Notes: a model not told the origin generated them from the sequence alone. A DNA stretch of 64,000 nt from Candidatus Omnitrophota bacterium (GCA_003598025.1 QZKH01000003.1:170048-234047); one strand, 5' to 3'; positions 18,144-27,799 are shown, numbered from the stretch's first letter. A program made the numbers and translations.

Positions 18144-18647
18144 TCAGTATTCGATGCCTCTTCTTGCTTTCTTGCCTTTGCTGTAGTAGTGTTTTACTTC
18201 GCGGATTTCGCTTACTAAGTCAGCGGCTTTTATTATTTTGGGATGCGCATAGCGGCCGGTAAGGATGATTTCGCAATCTTTGGGCACGTTGTTAATACAG
18301 CTTAATACATCGGTAATGCGGATTAGCCCCAGGTTTATGGCGACGTTAATTTCATCCAGTATGATCACATCGTAGCACTTTTTATTTACAGCCTTTTTTA
18401 CGGCGTCAATCCCCTTTTTTGTAAAATCTATATCTTTCTGCGATGGCTGCCTGCACACAAAACATCTGCTGCCGAATTGCTCAACCTTGATATTTTTGTG
18501 TTTCTTTAACGCTTTAATCTCGCTGCAGGCCCTGCCTTTAAGAAATTGACAGAAGTAAACTTTTTTCCCTGCTCCGCTGGCACGTAACGCAAGCCCGAGC
18601 GCTGCCGTAGTTTTTCCTTTTCCATTTCCGGTATATACTTGTATCAT
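18144..18647 (-). CDS. btuR: Cob(I)yrinic acid a,c-diamide / corrinoid adenosyltransferase (CobO/BtuR)
   Basis: 167 aa; MIQVYTGNGKGKTTAALGLALRASGAGKKVYFCQFLKG is the classic CobA/BtuR P-loop. Confidence 0.85.
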   Translation of the reverse strand: MIQVYTGNGKGKTTAALGLALRASGAGKKVYFCQFLKGRACSEIKALKKHKNIKVEQFGSRCFVCRQPSQKDIDFTKKGIDAVKKAVNKKCYDVIILDEINVAINLGLIRITDVLSCINNVPKDCEIILTGRYAHPKIIKAADLVSEIREVKHYYSKGKKARRGIEY

Positions 18648-19108
18648 TTTGTTAAAATTTTATATCCTGATATTCCAAGCGTGCATAATATTGAGACTAT
18701 TACGCCGGCTATTAAAACCCCGGCGGCAATGGAGATAAAAGCGTATTTAAACCTTATCTTAAATAAAGATGCGGCGATTGCCCCTGTCCATGCCCCTGTC
18801 ATAGGAAGCGGCACGGCGACAAACAACATGAGGCCGATGGATTCATACTTCTGTATAAGTTCAGACTTCTTTTTTGTCCGCTCAAAGAGCCAGTCAAAGA
18901 AATTCTTCCATAACGCAAATTTACGCAATCTTGCCGATACAGGCTCTAATAGCAACAGTAGAGGTATAACAGGCAATAAGTTTCCTATTATAGATATCCA
19001 GAACACTTTAATCAGGGGAAGATTAAAAGATAGCCCTAATGGTATAGCTCCCCTTAATTCAGATACCGGCAAAGCCGCTAAAATAAGTACTTTTATTTCA
19101 TTAGTCAT
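18644..19108 (-). CDS. Small polytopic membrane protein (COG2426 / putative small multidrug-export family-like); first gene of the btuR-btuFCD unit
   Basis: 154 aa, 4 predicted transmembrane segments, ELRGAIPLG motif; 4-nt overlap with the btuR start. Family assignment is from memory only. Confidence 0.4.
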   Translation of the reverse strand: MTNEIKVLILAALPVSELRGAIPLGLSFNLPLIKVFWISIIGNLLPVIPLLLLLEPVSARLRKFALWKNFFDWLFERTKKKSELIQKYESIGLMLFVAVPLPMTGAWTGAIAASLFKIRFKYAFISIAAGVLIAGVIVSILCTLGISGYKILTK

Positions 19109-19184
19109 GTTCTTTTAGGACCGCTTATCCTGCTCATCAGGAATGTTATTTCTTTGTTTTTATTTGTGATCTGTGAACTATGAA

Positions 19185-19207
19185 CTCGCCTGCTTTCGGC
19201 AGGCGAG
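19185..19207 (-). terminator. Hairpin downstream of pcm (possible weak terminator)
   Basis: ctcgcctgc-tttcg-gcaggcgag lies 10 nt after the pcm stop. There is no clear U-tract and it is followed by the GAACTA motif. Confidence 0.3.
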
Positions 19208-19217
19208 AAGTGTTCCC

Positions 19218-19877
19218 TTAGCAGGAGAAACGATCTTCCTTAATCATCCCGTATTTACCTACCAGGGGGACAAATACGCAAGCGCAAACTTCGGTGGACT
19301 TAAGCGCTCCGTAAATTTTCTCAAAAGAAATTAGGGTTTGCCTGAAATTATCCCCAATGGGAATAATGAGCCTTCCGCCTTCTTTAAGTTGTTCACCTAA
19401 AGGCAGCGGAACCCGTGGCGCGGCCGCAGTGATTATTATCCTGTCAAAGGGAGCATTCTCAGGCCACCCTAAAGTCCCGTCATCGATCTTTACTTTAATA
19501 TTATCAATGTTGAGTTTTTTAAATACCTGTGTTGCCCGCTCAGCTAATACACCAATACGCTCAACCGTAAAAACTTCTTTGGCCAGCTGGGAAAGTATAG
19601 CCGCTTGATACCCTGAACCTGTCCCGATTTCCAGGATTTTCTCGTCCCCTGCAAGGTCAAGGCAGCTTGTCATAAGCGCTACCATGTAAGGCTGCGATAT
19701 AGTTTGGTCATTGCCTATAGGCAGCGGCGAATCTGCATATGCGCTGTCTTTAACATCATCGGGCACAAATTCATGCCGCGCCACTTTATAAAAAGCATCG
19801 AGCACCCGCTCATTATTTATCCCGCGGTTTATAAGCTGCTCTTCAACCATCCTGGCCCTTAATTTTTCCCAATCCAT
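19218..19877 (-). CDS. pcm: Protein-L-isoaspartate O-methyltransferase
   Basis: 219 aa; the SQPYMVA and EIGTGSGYQAA motifs. Confidence 0.85.
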   Translation of the reverse strand: MDWEKLRARMVEEQLINRGINNERVLDAFYKVARHEFVPDDVKDSAYADSPLPIGNDQTISQPYMVALMTSCLDLAGDEKILEIGTGSGYQAAILSQLAKEVFTVERIGVLAERATQVFKKLNIDNIKVKIDDGTLGWPENAPFDRIIITAAAPRVPLPLGEQLKEGGRLIIPIGDNFRQTLISFEKIYGALKSTEVCACVFVPLVGKYGMIKEDRFSC

Positions 19878-20539
19878 AACTCTCTCCAGATAAATTTAAT
19901 AAACCTGACCGTGTCAATAAAAGGGTTAATATTGCTTTTTTCTCCCGAATAAACAGTAGTTACCGGTATTGAGCCGATTTTAAAACCTAAACGCGCCGCC
20001 TTTATTATAATCTCCGACTCAGTTTCGTATTTCTTTGTACTAAAAGATATTTTTTCCAACAACCTTTTCTTTATCAGCCTGAAACCGCATTGCGTATCAG
20101 GTATTTTCTGCCTTGCTATCAGCGAAAGAAGCCATGACATAAACCTGTTTGTGGCTAATCTGATAAGAGGCATATTCTTCCTGTTGATCAGCCTGTTGCC
20201 GATGATCAAGTCGTAGTTATGTTCCAAAGCTTTGACAAAATGTGGAATTTCTTCCGGAAGGTGTTGGCCGTCGCCGTCCATGGTTATCACGGCATCGAAA
20301 TTGCCGTTTAGGGCATATTCAAACCCTTTAATCAGCGAAGCGCCTTTCCCCTGGTTTACTTCATTGTGCAAGACAGTTACGCCTGCCTGCATTGCCAGCT
20401 GGTAGGTATTATCGGTTGAGCCGTCATCTATTACTAACACGCTTATCCCGGGATAGGTTATTCTTTTTAATAGTCTGGCAATAACCTTTTCCTCGTTATA
20501 TGTAGGTATGATTACACAAATCCTATAAGCGGTCTTCAT
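19859..20539 (-). CDS. Family 2 glycosyltransferase (polyprenol-phosphate / DPM1-like)
   Basis: 226 aa; ICVIIPTYNEE...VIDDGSTDNT...DGDGQH carries the GT-A DXD motifs. Confidence 0.75.
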   Translation of the reverse strand: MKTAYRICVIIPTYNEEKVIARLLKRITYPGISVLVIDDGSTDNTYQLAMQAGVTVLHNEVNQGKGASLIKGFEYALNGNFDAVITMDGDGQHLPEEIPHFVKALEHNYDLIIGNRLINRKNMPLIRLATNRFMSWLLSLIARQKIPDTQCGFRLIKKRLLEKISFSTKKYETESEIIIKAARLGFKIGSIPVTTVYSGEKSNINPFIDTVRFIKFIWRELWIGKN

Positions 20540-21392
20540 CTTTCCAGAAGTACCTGAACATATACCACTGCTCGGGGTATTTTCGAATAAATTTCTCGAA
20601 TAATGATTTATAAATATTGATTATATTTTTTATATCAACTGCGTTATCGCCGGTTGCGGCATACTCAATTGGTTTCTCGATAGTTAAGGTAAAACTGTCA
20701 TTGGGGTTCCTAACCATAAAACCGGGTATTATTACTGCCCCGGTACGCAGGGAAAGCGCAGCCGGACCTTCGGGTAGGCAAGCCTGTTTATTAAAAAACT
20801 CTACAGGTATGCCTTTTCCTGTAAAATCCCTGTCTCCGACAAGAGCAAGCAGGTTATTGCCCCTTAAGGCATTAAGCGATTGCCTGACTGCTTTTTTAAG
20901 AGGGATAACCCTCATCCCTTTGCTCTCGCGCTGGAAATTAAAAAAATCATTTACTCTTTTATGCTTATGCTCAAGCGCGACCGCATACAAAGGATAGCCC
21001 ATAAGCGCAGTAACTACCCCGCCTAATTCCCAGTTCCCTAAATGCGCCGTCAGGACTATTGCCCCCTTTTTTCTCTTAATTGCCTCGTCAAAATTTTCAA
21101 TATTGATTATTTTTATGTTTTTTTCTATATATTGGCGGTTGAGTTTCGGAAAGCGGAAAAAATCAACAAGGTATTTTGCAAAGTTCCTGAACATTTCTCT
21201 GCGTATCACGGAAATTTCCCTGTCAGTTTTATCCGGAAAGATCACCTTCAAATTCCTGGTGACATTTTTTCTGTCTATATTAGCAAAGATATAATGCACA
21301 TCCGAGACAAATACTGCAAACTTATAAGCGACTTTTAAAGGCAGAAACAGGGCGATGAATTGACCGATGCGGTAAAATATATAATTAAACAT
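20523..21392 (-). CDS. LpxL/HtrB-family lipid A (lysophospholipid) acyltransferase
   Basis: 289 aa; LTAHLGNWELGG (H-x4-E/D) acyltransferase motif and overall Lip_A_acyltrans pattern. Confidence 0.7.
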   Translation of the reverse strand: MFNYIFYRIGQFIALFLPLKVAYKFAVFVSDVHYIFANIDRKNVTRNLKVIFPDKTDREISVIRREMFRNFAKYLVDFFRFPKLNRQYIEKNIKIINIENFDEAIKRKKGAIVLTAHLGNWELGGVVTALMGYPLYAVALEHKHKRVNDFFNFQRESKGMRVIPLKKAVRQSLNALRGNNLLALVGDRDFTGKGIPVEFFNKQACLPEGPAALSLRTGAVIIPGFMVRNPNDSFTLTIEKPIEYAATGDNAVDIKNIINIYKSLFEKFIRKYPEQWYMFRYFWKDEDRL

Positions 21393-22509
21393 TACAAAGG
21401 CTTAATATGTGTCTTGCGATATTCATGCTCGACTCAGGTTTAGATATCTTTTTAGCTGCGTTTGCAAGTTCCTTAAGTTTTTCAGGCGATGCAATCAGCT
21501 CTTCGACTGCAAGGTTTATTCTGTTTGCTTTATCAATCTTAATAGCTGCTTTATGTTCGGTTAAATAAGCTGTGTTGGAAGCCTCTTGCCCGGGGATGGG
21601 ATGAACGATTATCATCGGAATATGCTTGGATAAGGCTTCAGCAGTTGTTATGCCCCCGGGTTTTGTTATTAATACATCTGCAATACTCATCAGTTCGTTT
21701 ATATTGTTTGCGTACCCGAATAAAACGACTTTTTTACGGTATTTGTTAAGTTTTTTCTTTATTGTCCGGTAGAGCTTCTTGTTAGTCCCTGTTACGATAA
21801 TTTCCTGTATATCTTGATTTACATGTTCAAGAGATGATATTATGCTTTTAACAGGTCCGAGGCCCTGGCCTCCGCCCATAATAAGGGCAGTAAATTTATT
21901 GCTCTTAAGCCCGAGTTTGCTAAATACCTGGTCTTTGTTTACAGGCCGGTTGAAATCAGGGTCAAAAGGTATTCCAAAGGGCTTTATTTTTGAATGCGGG
22001 ACTCCTTTTTGCATAAGGCGTATGGATACCTCTTCGGAAGGCGTTATATAGGTGTTGACGTCGTCATAAACCCAATAAGCATGAGGTATATAATCTGTAA
22101 GTACGGCTATAAGAGGTATTGAAGAATGCGTTACCTTTTTATAGTCTGCTACCATGCCGCATGGAAAAGCCTGGGAGCAGACAACCGCATCCGGTTTGAA
22201 GCTGTTAAAAAGCTTTTCCAGCTTAGGCGAATTGAACTTATGTATCGACTCTTTTATCCTGGATATGCTTTTTGCAATCTTTTGGTTGTCGTATAAATAA
22301 CTCCAGATTGCCGGGGTCCTCTTTATTATCGCCATATAAAGGCGGTTAACTACCTTTTCTGATATGGGATTGGTGTAGTTAAAAGCGTTTATATTCAATA
22401 TTTCAGTTTCCGGCTCAAGCCGTTTTATAGACTTTTCTATAGCCTCTGTCGCGCAGCGGTGCCCTGACACCTCGGAGATATACATCAAGATGATTCTTTT
22501 TGCCGGCAT
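21385..22509 (-). CDS. MGDG-synthase/UgtP-like GT28 glycosyltransferase (diacylglycerol glycosyltransferase)
   Basis: 374 aa; N-terminal MGDG_synth-like region and a C-terminal GT28 C-domain (GGGQGLGP...). Confidence 0.65.
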   Translation of the reverse strand: MPAKRIILMYISEVSGHRCATEAIEKSIKRLEPETEILNINAFNYTNPISEKVVNRLYMAIIKRTPAIWSYLYDNQKIAKSISRIKESIHKFNSPKLEKLFNSFKPDAVVCSQAFPCGMVADYKKVTHSSIPLIAVLTDYIPHAYWVYDDVNTYITPSEEVSIRLMQKGVPHSKIKPFGIPFDPDFNRPVNKDQVFSKLGLKSNKFTALIMGGGQGLGPVKSIISSLEHVNQDIQEIIVTGTNKKLYRTIKKKLNKYRKKVVLFGYANNINELMSIADVLITKPGGITTAEALSKHIPMIIVHPIPGQEASNTAYLTEHKAAIKIDKANRINLAVEELIASPEKLKELANAAKKISKPESSMNIARHILSLCNV

Positions 22510-22511
22510 TA

Positions 22512-23678
22512 TCAGATTTTTCCTTCCTTATAAAGCTCGGTAAATACAGCGGATATTTGGGGGTGAAATTGCTTGCCTGCCAAGGTCTCAATCTCTTTTA
22601 CTGCCTCTTCGTTAGTCAGGCCTTCGTGATACGGCCTGTTTGTGGTCATGGCATCAAAAGAATCTGCCACGGAAATAATTGCAGCTATCAAAGGAATTTC
22701 TTCTCCTTTTAATCCCTCGGGATATCCGGTACCGTCATAGCGTTCATGATGGTATTTGACTCCCAAAATAGCATCTTCAAGCTCTCTTATCGGGATGAGG
22801 ATGTTAACACCGACAACAGGATGCGATTTAATGACTTTTCTTTCGTCATCATCCAGAGGACCCTTTTTATTTAAAATAGATTCCGGGATGCCTATTTTAC
22901 CGATGTCATGCAAGAGGCTTGCAATATGCAGATTTTCAATAAATTTATCATCAATTCTGAAATAGCTTTTTTCCATAAGCTTGCGTGCAATCTCAAGGCA
23001 AATACTGCTGACGCGCTCAGTGTGCCCGTGGGTGTAGTGGTCTTTAGCGTCGATTGCTGCGGCAAGCGCAATAGTCGTATGTATAAACAGCCGTTTTTCT
23101 CTCTGCAGCTGAAGCTCTAATTCTTTAAAAAGCTGGGCATTCCTGATAGCCATGGCAACATCTGAAGCCAAAGCGCTAAAAAAACTTAGCTCATCGCGGG
23201 AGAACTCTTTACCGTCTTTTTTATGGCCAAGCAGCAGGATGCCGAGCAGTTCATCCCTGTAGTAGCTCGGGATACAGGCAACAGCTTCAAATATCTCCAT
23301 CTGATATAAGGCGCTGTTTAAAAGCTCTTTGCTCGTAAAATCAAGCTCATTGCCCAGGACAGCATCTTTCGCTTCGCTATAAACTAATGAGCCGTTATTG
23401 AATATTTTTTTGTCTTCCCTGTTTATAAAAAATTTGATCAACGGATTATCGGAATCAAGGCGGGCAAAGCCTTCCGGTATTTTTATTCCGGCAGGGCCGC
23501 GGGAAACGGTTAAAACATAGCTGTCTTTATCTTTAACATGCAGCAAGATCCCCGCATGGCTGACGCTTACTTTTTGGACAAGCATGCGGATGATCAGCTT
23601 GAGAAGAAGCTCAGGCTCATGCACAAGGATCATATTCCTTGCTGCTTCTTCCAATTCTCTCTTATAATCTAAAGCCAT
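22512..23678 (-). CDS. GAF-domain HD-GYP phosphodiesterase (c-di-GMP)
   Basis: 388 aa; HD (HDIGKIGIP) and HHERYDGTGYP motifs after a GAF-like N-terminal domain. Confidence 0.8.
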   Translation of the reverse strand: MALDYKRELEEAARNMILVHEPELLLKLIIRMLVQKVSVSHAGILLHVKDKDSYVLTVSRGPAGIKIPEGFARLDSDNPLIKFFINREDKKIFNNGSLVYSEAKDAVLGNELDFTSKELLNSALYQMEIFEAVACIPSYYRDELLGILLLGHKKDGKEFSRDELSFFSALASDVAMAIRNAQLFKELELQLQREKRLFIHTTIALAAAIDAKDHYTHGHTERVSSICLEIARKLMEKSYFRIDDKFIENLHIASLLHDIGKIGIPESILNKKGPLDDDERKVIKSHPVVGVNILIPIRELEDAILGVKYHHERYDGTGYPEGLKGEEIPLIAAIISVADSFDAMTTNRPYHEGLTNEEAVKEIETLAGKQFHPQISAVFTELYKEGKI

Positions 23679-23693
23679 TTTTATGGGGGTGAC

Positions 23694-24056
23694 TTAGGAT
23701 AATTCTTTTAAAACAACTTTTTCCAATTCTTCCAGCCTTAGGGGCTTATGGATATAATCAGTTGCGCCAAATTCCTTACATTTATTGAATGATTCTTCTT
23801 CGTCAGGCTTTTTGCCGGTTACCATGATTACTTTAGTGGAAGGATTGATTTTTTTTATTTGCTTGAGCGTTTCTATGCCGTCAATGCCTTCCATTTTAAT
23901 ATCGAGCAGGATCAGCTGGGGCGGCGCTTCAGAGACGATTTTTAAAGCCTCTTCACCGCTTGCTGCAATCCCGACGTCAATTTTTCTTTTCTTAAAAAAA
24001 TTGGCGGCAAATTCCCTTACGTCCAATTCATCATCTACTATTAAAAGCCTTGGCAT
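23694..24056 (-). CDS. Single-domain response regulator (CheY-like receiver)
   Basis: 120 aa; LIVDDE...D(55)...K pattern. Confidence 0.8.
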   Translation of the reverse strand: MPRLLIVDDELDVREFAANFFKKRKIDVGIAASGEEALKIVSEAPPQLILLDIKMEGIDGIETLKQIKKINPSTKVIMVTGKKPDEEESFNKCKEFGATDYIHKPLRLEELEKVVLKELS

Positions 24057-24172
24057 CTTATCCTCGCTTATTTAAACTTATCCCGGAAACCGAAACAATC
24101 TTATCATAACAAATACGCTCAAACAAGTAGAAATAGAATAGTTCATGGTACATAGTTGATTGGTTAAGACTT

Positions 24173-26359
24173 TTACTCTGCTGTTGCAATTGGTAACTCA
24201 AGTATGAAACGCGTTCCGACCTTATAAGAAGATTCAAAAGCAATCCTGCCTTTATGAGTGTCGGTTATAATCTTTTTGATAACATACAAGCCAAGCCCTG
24301 TGCCTTTGCGCGATGAAGTTTTTGTAGTAAAAAACGGGGTAAATACCTTCTTAATGTTGTCTTCTTTTACCCCCATGCCGTTATCCTCGATGATCATTTC
24401 AAGGAAATCATCCTTAGGCTTAGCGCTTATAGTCAGTCTTCCCCTATAGTTTGGCTCATTCAGGGCAGCTTTGCGTTCGTTCGTGGCATCATAAGCATTA
24501 TCGATGAAGTTAAAAAATGCTTCCTGAAGCTGTACAAGATTACCTTTTATTTTAGGAGTATCTTTACTGTAGTTACGGATAATGTCAATTTCTGAAAGCT
24601 TGATTTTAAACTGTATCATATCAAGCGTAGCATCTAAAATCTGGTCAATGGTCAGCTCACCAAAATTATCTTCTCCCTTACGGGTATATTTAAGCATGCC
24701 TTTTACAACTTCGCCTCCCTGCATGACGTTGGCCTGGATCCTTTCAAGGGCATGTCCTACGCTTTTTATCATCTCCCGGACTTCCGGTGTGCAGTTAGCC
24801 GTATCTGTTAACTTTATAGTATCAATCGTATCCCCGGCAATAAGGGATAAAGCATAAAACCTGTTGTTTATTTGATGAGAAAGCCCGTCTGCCATGGTTC
24901 CGATTGTCGCCATTTTCTCAGCCTGGGCAACCTGTTCCTGCATCTCTTTTGTTTCCTCGTAGAATTGGGCGTTCTCAATAGCCAAAGCAGCCTGGCTAGC
25001 CAATACCTGGAAAACATTTAAGTCATCATGAGTGTATATTTCGCCGGACATCTTATCTCCAAGCACGACAAAACCGATAAATTTATCCTCAAGGAAGCTG
25101 GGAATGATTACAGTGGCTGTTAAAAGGCGCATATTTTCTTCCAGATGCGCATAGGTAATATCGTTTGTATCAAGCATCTTGCGTTTGATTTCGTCGTATA
25201 TTAATGGCTGCCTCCTGAAAACTATCCAGTTGACGAGCGGATTATCGGAACTTAATTTTGGAATGGGGATGCGGCCCTTATCTCTGCTTACCTGTAGCAT
25301 GTATTCATCGCTTTCCTGGTTATAAAGATAAATGGCGGCGTAAGAGATTTTTACGGTTTTAGTTACTATGTGCGTTATCAGGTCAAGGAGCTTTCTTAAG
25401 TTTCGGATACGGGTCATGCCAACCGAAGCCTGCTTTAATACATCCTGGTATCTTTTCTGCTCTCTTAAAAGCCTTGCTTCGGCTTTTCTTTCCAAATAAA
25501 TGTAGATAAACGGCCCGACTGTTGCCAAGCCTGCCATTAAACCTAATGGCGCAATCCACCAGCGCGTACCTAAATTTGTTATCAGCCATGTCCTGAACCA
25601 GACTACAAGCGCAAAAGGTAAACCAAGGACTATTGTATAAACAGCGATAAATGTTCCGGTCCTGCTGATAGCAACCCGGATATCCATTAGACGGTATTTG
25701 AGAATTGCATATGAGATAATAAGAGGGAAAGTTGTAAATAGTATTAATGGATAAGGTGGGAAATTTATATTAAAAGAAAGCAAAAAAGTGCTACCTCCTC
25801 CAGTAAATCCCATAACTGAGGCCAAAAATATATATTTTATTTGATTTGCTTTAAAAGCGGTTGTTTTTTTATATTCCCTCGATAGTAAATTTAATCCGTA
25901 AAGAACAATAAGAGAAAAATAGATAGCAAATAAATAATATCCAATGCCAGGCACTATGTAGTATTGGAATATTGATTTTGACGTTAAATCTTTTATATAT
26001 AGTGGAGTAAAGTTTAGTAAGAAAATTATCGAACTGAGTATTAAGACAATATTAAAAATAAGTTTAATTCTGCTGAGTTTTTGTAACTCAAGAAATACAA
26101 TTATAAAGCGTAACCATAAAAATGCAACAAGCATGCCAGAGATTTCAACAAACTTAAGAATTATAAAGCTCGCTTGCTTATTATCAGAATTTATGGCTAA
26201 AAAATAAAAAACACTCCAAAACGAAGCATTGATACATAGCATTGCCCAGGCATTATTGACAACACTTTTACGGTTTCTTAAATAAACCAGAATACCAATG
26301 CCAAAAACAGTAAAGAATCCTAATAAAGTTATTGTGTTAAAATAAAGTTTTGCTATCAA
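24173..26359 (-). CDS. Sensor histidine kinase with N-terminal 7TM sensor region, GAF domain, HisKA and HATPase domains
   Basis: 728 aa; about 7 N-terminal transmembrane helices, GAF-like middle domain, H-box DGLSHQINN, N/G boxes (DNGMGV..., GTGLGL). Confidence 0.8.
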   Translation of the reverse strand: MIAKLYFNTITLLGFFTVFGIGILVYLRNRKSVVNNAWAMLCINASFWSVFYFLAINSDNKQASFIILKFVEISGMLVAFLWLRFIIVFLELQKLSRIKLIFNIVLILSSIIFLLNFTPLYIKDLTSKSIFQYYIVPGIGYYLFAIYFSLIVLYGLNLLSREYKKTTAFKANQIKYIFLASVMGFTGGGSTFLLSFNINFPPYPLILFTTFPLIISYAILKYRLMDIRVAISRTGTFIAVYTIVLGLPFALVVWFRTWLITNLGTRWWIAPLGLMAGLATVGPFIYIYLERKAEARLLREQKRYQDVLKQASVGMTRIRNLRKLLDLITHIVTKTVKISYAAIYLYNQESDEYMLQVSRDKGRIPIPKLSSDNPLVNWIVFRRQPLIYDEIKRKMLDTNDITYAHLEENMRLLTATVIIPSFLEDKFIGFVVLGDKMSGEIYTHDDLNVFQVLASQAALAIENAQFYEETKEMQEQVAQAEKMATIGTMADGLSHQINNRFYALSLIAGDTIDTIKLTDTANCTPEVREMIKSVGHALERIQANVMQGGEVVKGMLKYTRKGEDNFGELTIDQILDATLDMIQFKIKLSEIDIIRNYSKDTPKIKGNLVQLQEAFFNFIDNAYDATNERKAALNEPNYRGRLTISAKPKDDFLEMIIEDNGMGVKEDNIKKVFTPFFTTKTSSRKGTGLGLYVIKKIITDTHKGRIAFESSYKVGTRFILELPIATAE

Positions 26360-27027
26360 TTACTATTTCTCCTACAAAATTGAAGAAAAGGTATAATCAT
26401 TGGTACGGTCTTTTTGTAGTGCAAATACTCATCACCAAACTTGATAAAAGACAATTTTTCCTCATAAATAGCTCTAATTATATACAATGGCGTATTAATA
26501 AATATAATTATAAAAAGCGCGTAAAATGCATTGGCAATCAACGATATGCCTATTAACTCAAAAATAATTCCTAAATAAATCGGATGCCTTATAAAACTAT
26601 AGGGACCAGTTTTAACACAAGAGTATTTTATTTCAGATTCATCTTCATTTACTAAATGTATCTTCCAATGTTCCCCTAAACTTTTGACAGACCAATATCT
26701 GATTACCCCTGCTAAAATAAATACTGAGATTCCGAACATACTAACCGCGAAATACTTAATACCGTTAGTGACAAAAAACTCAGCTATTACAACTAAACAT
26801 GTAACTAAGTACATAATTGAAGTAACTACCATTGTCCAGTCACCTTTGTACTTATATTTGTTTGTTTCCTTAGTTGTAAAAAAAGTTTCCCATACTCTCT
26901 CAAACATAATCAATACTGCAAAAATACTAAAAATTATTCCTCCTCTTGCCTCAGGGTAGAATATATTTAAAACTATTAATAGTACTGGAATTAATAAAAG
27001 AGAAAAAGCAATGAAAATAATAATCAT
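26356..27027 (-). CDS. ICMT/PEMT-superfamily membrane methyltransferase
   Basis: 223 aa; polytopic membrane protein with C-terminal ...GPYSFIRHPIYLG...E motif of isoprenylcysteine carboxyl methyltransferase-family enzymes. Very AT-rich gene; its stop overlaps the histidine kinase start by 4 nt. Confidence 0.6.
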   Translation of the reverse strand: MIIIFIAFSLLLIPVLLIVLNIFYPEARGGIIFSIFAVLIMFERVWETFFTTKETNKYKYKGDWTMVVTSIMYLVTCLVVIAEFFVTNGIKYFAVSMFGISVFILAGVIRYWSVKSLGEHWKIHLVNEDESEIKYSCVKTGPYSFIRHPIYLGIIFELIGISLIANAFYALFIIIFINTPLYIIRAIYEEKLSFIKFGDEYLHYKKTVPMIIPFLQFCRRNSN

Positions 27028-27797
27028 AAGTCTTCCAAATATTTAGGCGATCCAATAATCTTTAAAGTATCACGATAATATCTTGTATATAATGGTTTTT
27101 TTGATATTTTTAAGTTTTTTAACAATTTTGATAGTTCTTGGTCACCAAGCTTGAATTCAACAGCTTTTGAATCGCCAAAAACTCCAAAAGTTTCCAATTT
27201 TATTTTTGATACCTTCATATCTTTAAGAGAATATGTTGTGTGGTACTCATATTTAACTTTTTCTTTTAATGGTTTTTTTATTTTGAACTTTAATATCCAC
27301 TCATTGTTAGAGTAAGCATCTACTTCAATAAATTTGTCAGTTTTAGCAAAATTTGCCACCGTTAACTGTTTATAATGAGGATAACCTGTAATTATATTGC
27401 CATGCTCAATTGCCAAATCAGTACTTTGGGCTACCGAAATAGGGATGAATCCGAATTTTTTTGTCACATATTTTATGGGAAAGGATATAAAAGGAATGTT
27501 AAACTTAGTTGCATGGCCAACAATGAGCGAAAAAGTCAATTCAGTAAAGCGGCCGACCGGTGTATCATAAAAATTCAATATTGTAATACACATTAGGCTT
27601 CGTCCGGGTAATAGTACAAGTGGTTTTAGCTTTTTTGTACCAATAATTTCAGCAGCTGTTTTTGATGATATTGTAAATAAGGCATTGATAGCTTCGCACT
27701 TATATTTAATAGGGATATCAATTAGTAAATCTCTAACTTTTACTTTTTTTTCAACATTTATCTTGAACGAATCCAGATCTACTTTTAAATTTTTCAC
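27024..27797 (-). CDS. Hypothetical Lys-rich protein (possibly acetoacetate-decarboxylase-like fold; weak)
   Basis: 257 aa, no transmembrane segment, very AT-rich; 4-nt overlaps with both neighbours. The family call is tentative and from memory only. Confidence 0.3.
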   Translation of the reverse strand: MKNLKVDLDSFKINVEKKVKVRDLLIDIPIKYKCEAINALFTISSKTAAEIIGTKKLKPLVLLPGRSLMCITILNFYDTPVGRFTELTFSLIVGHATKFNIPFISFPIKYVTKKFGFIPISVAQSTDLAIEHGNIITGYPHYKQLTVANFAKTDKFIEVDAYSNNEWILKFKIKKPLKEKVKYEYHTTYSLKDMKVSKIKLETFGVFGDSKAVEFKLGDQELSKLLKNLKISKKPLYTRYYRDTLKIIGSPKYLEDL

Positions 27798-27799
27798 CT

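Noticed and set aside
19109-19217. A second cobalamin riboswitch upstream of the btuR-btuFCD unit
   Set aside because: Only 109 nt of leader, with no B12-box (GCCACUG) and no GGGAAGGC core.
24058-24243. 61-aa minus-strand ORF in the response-regulator/histidine kinase spacer
   Set aside because: It overlaps the histidine kinase C-terminus out of frame and covers the intergenic GAACTA motif. It has no Shine-Dalgarno sequence and no homolog pattern.
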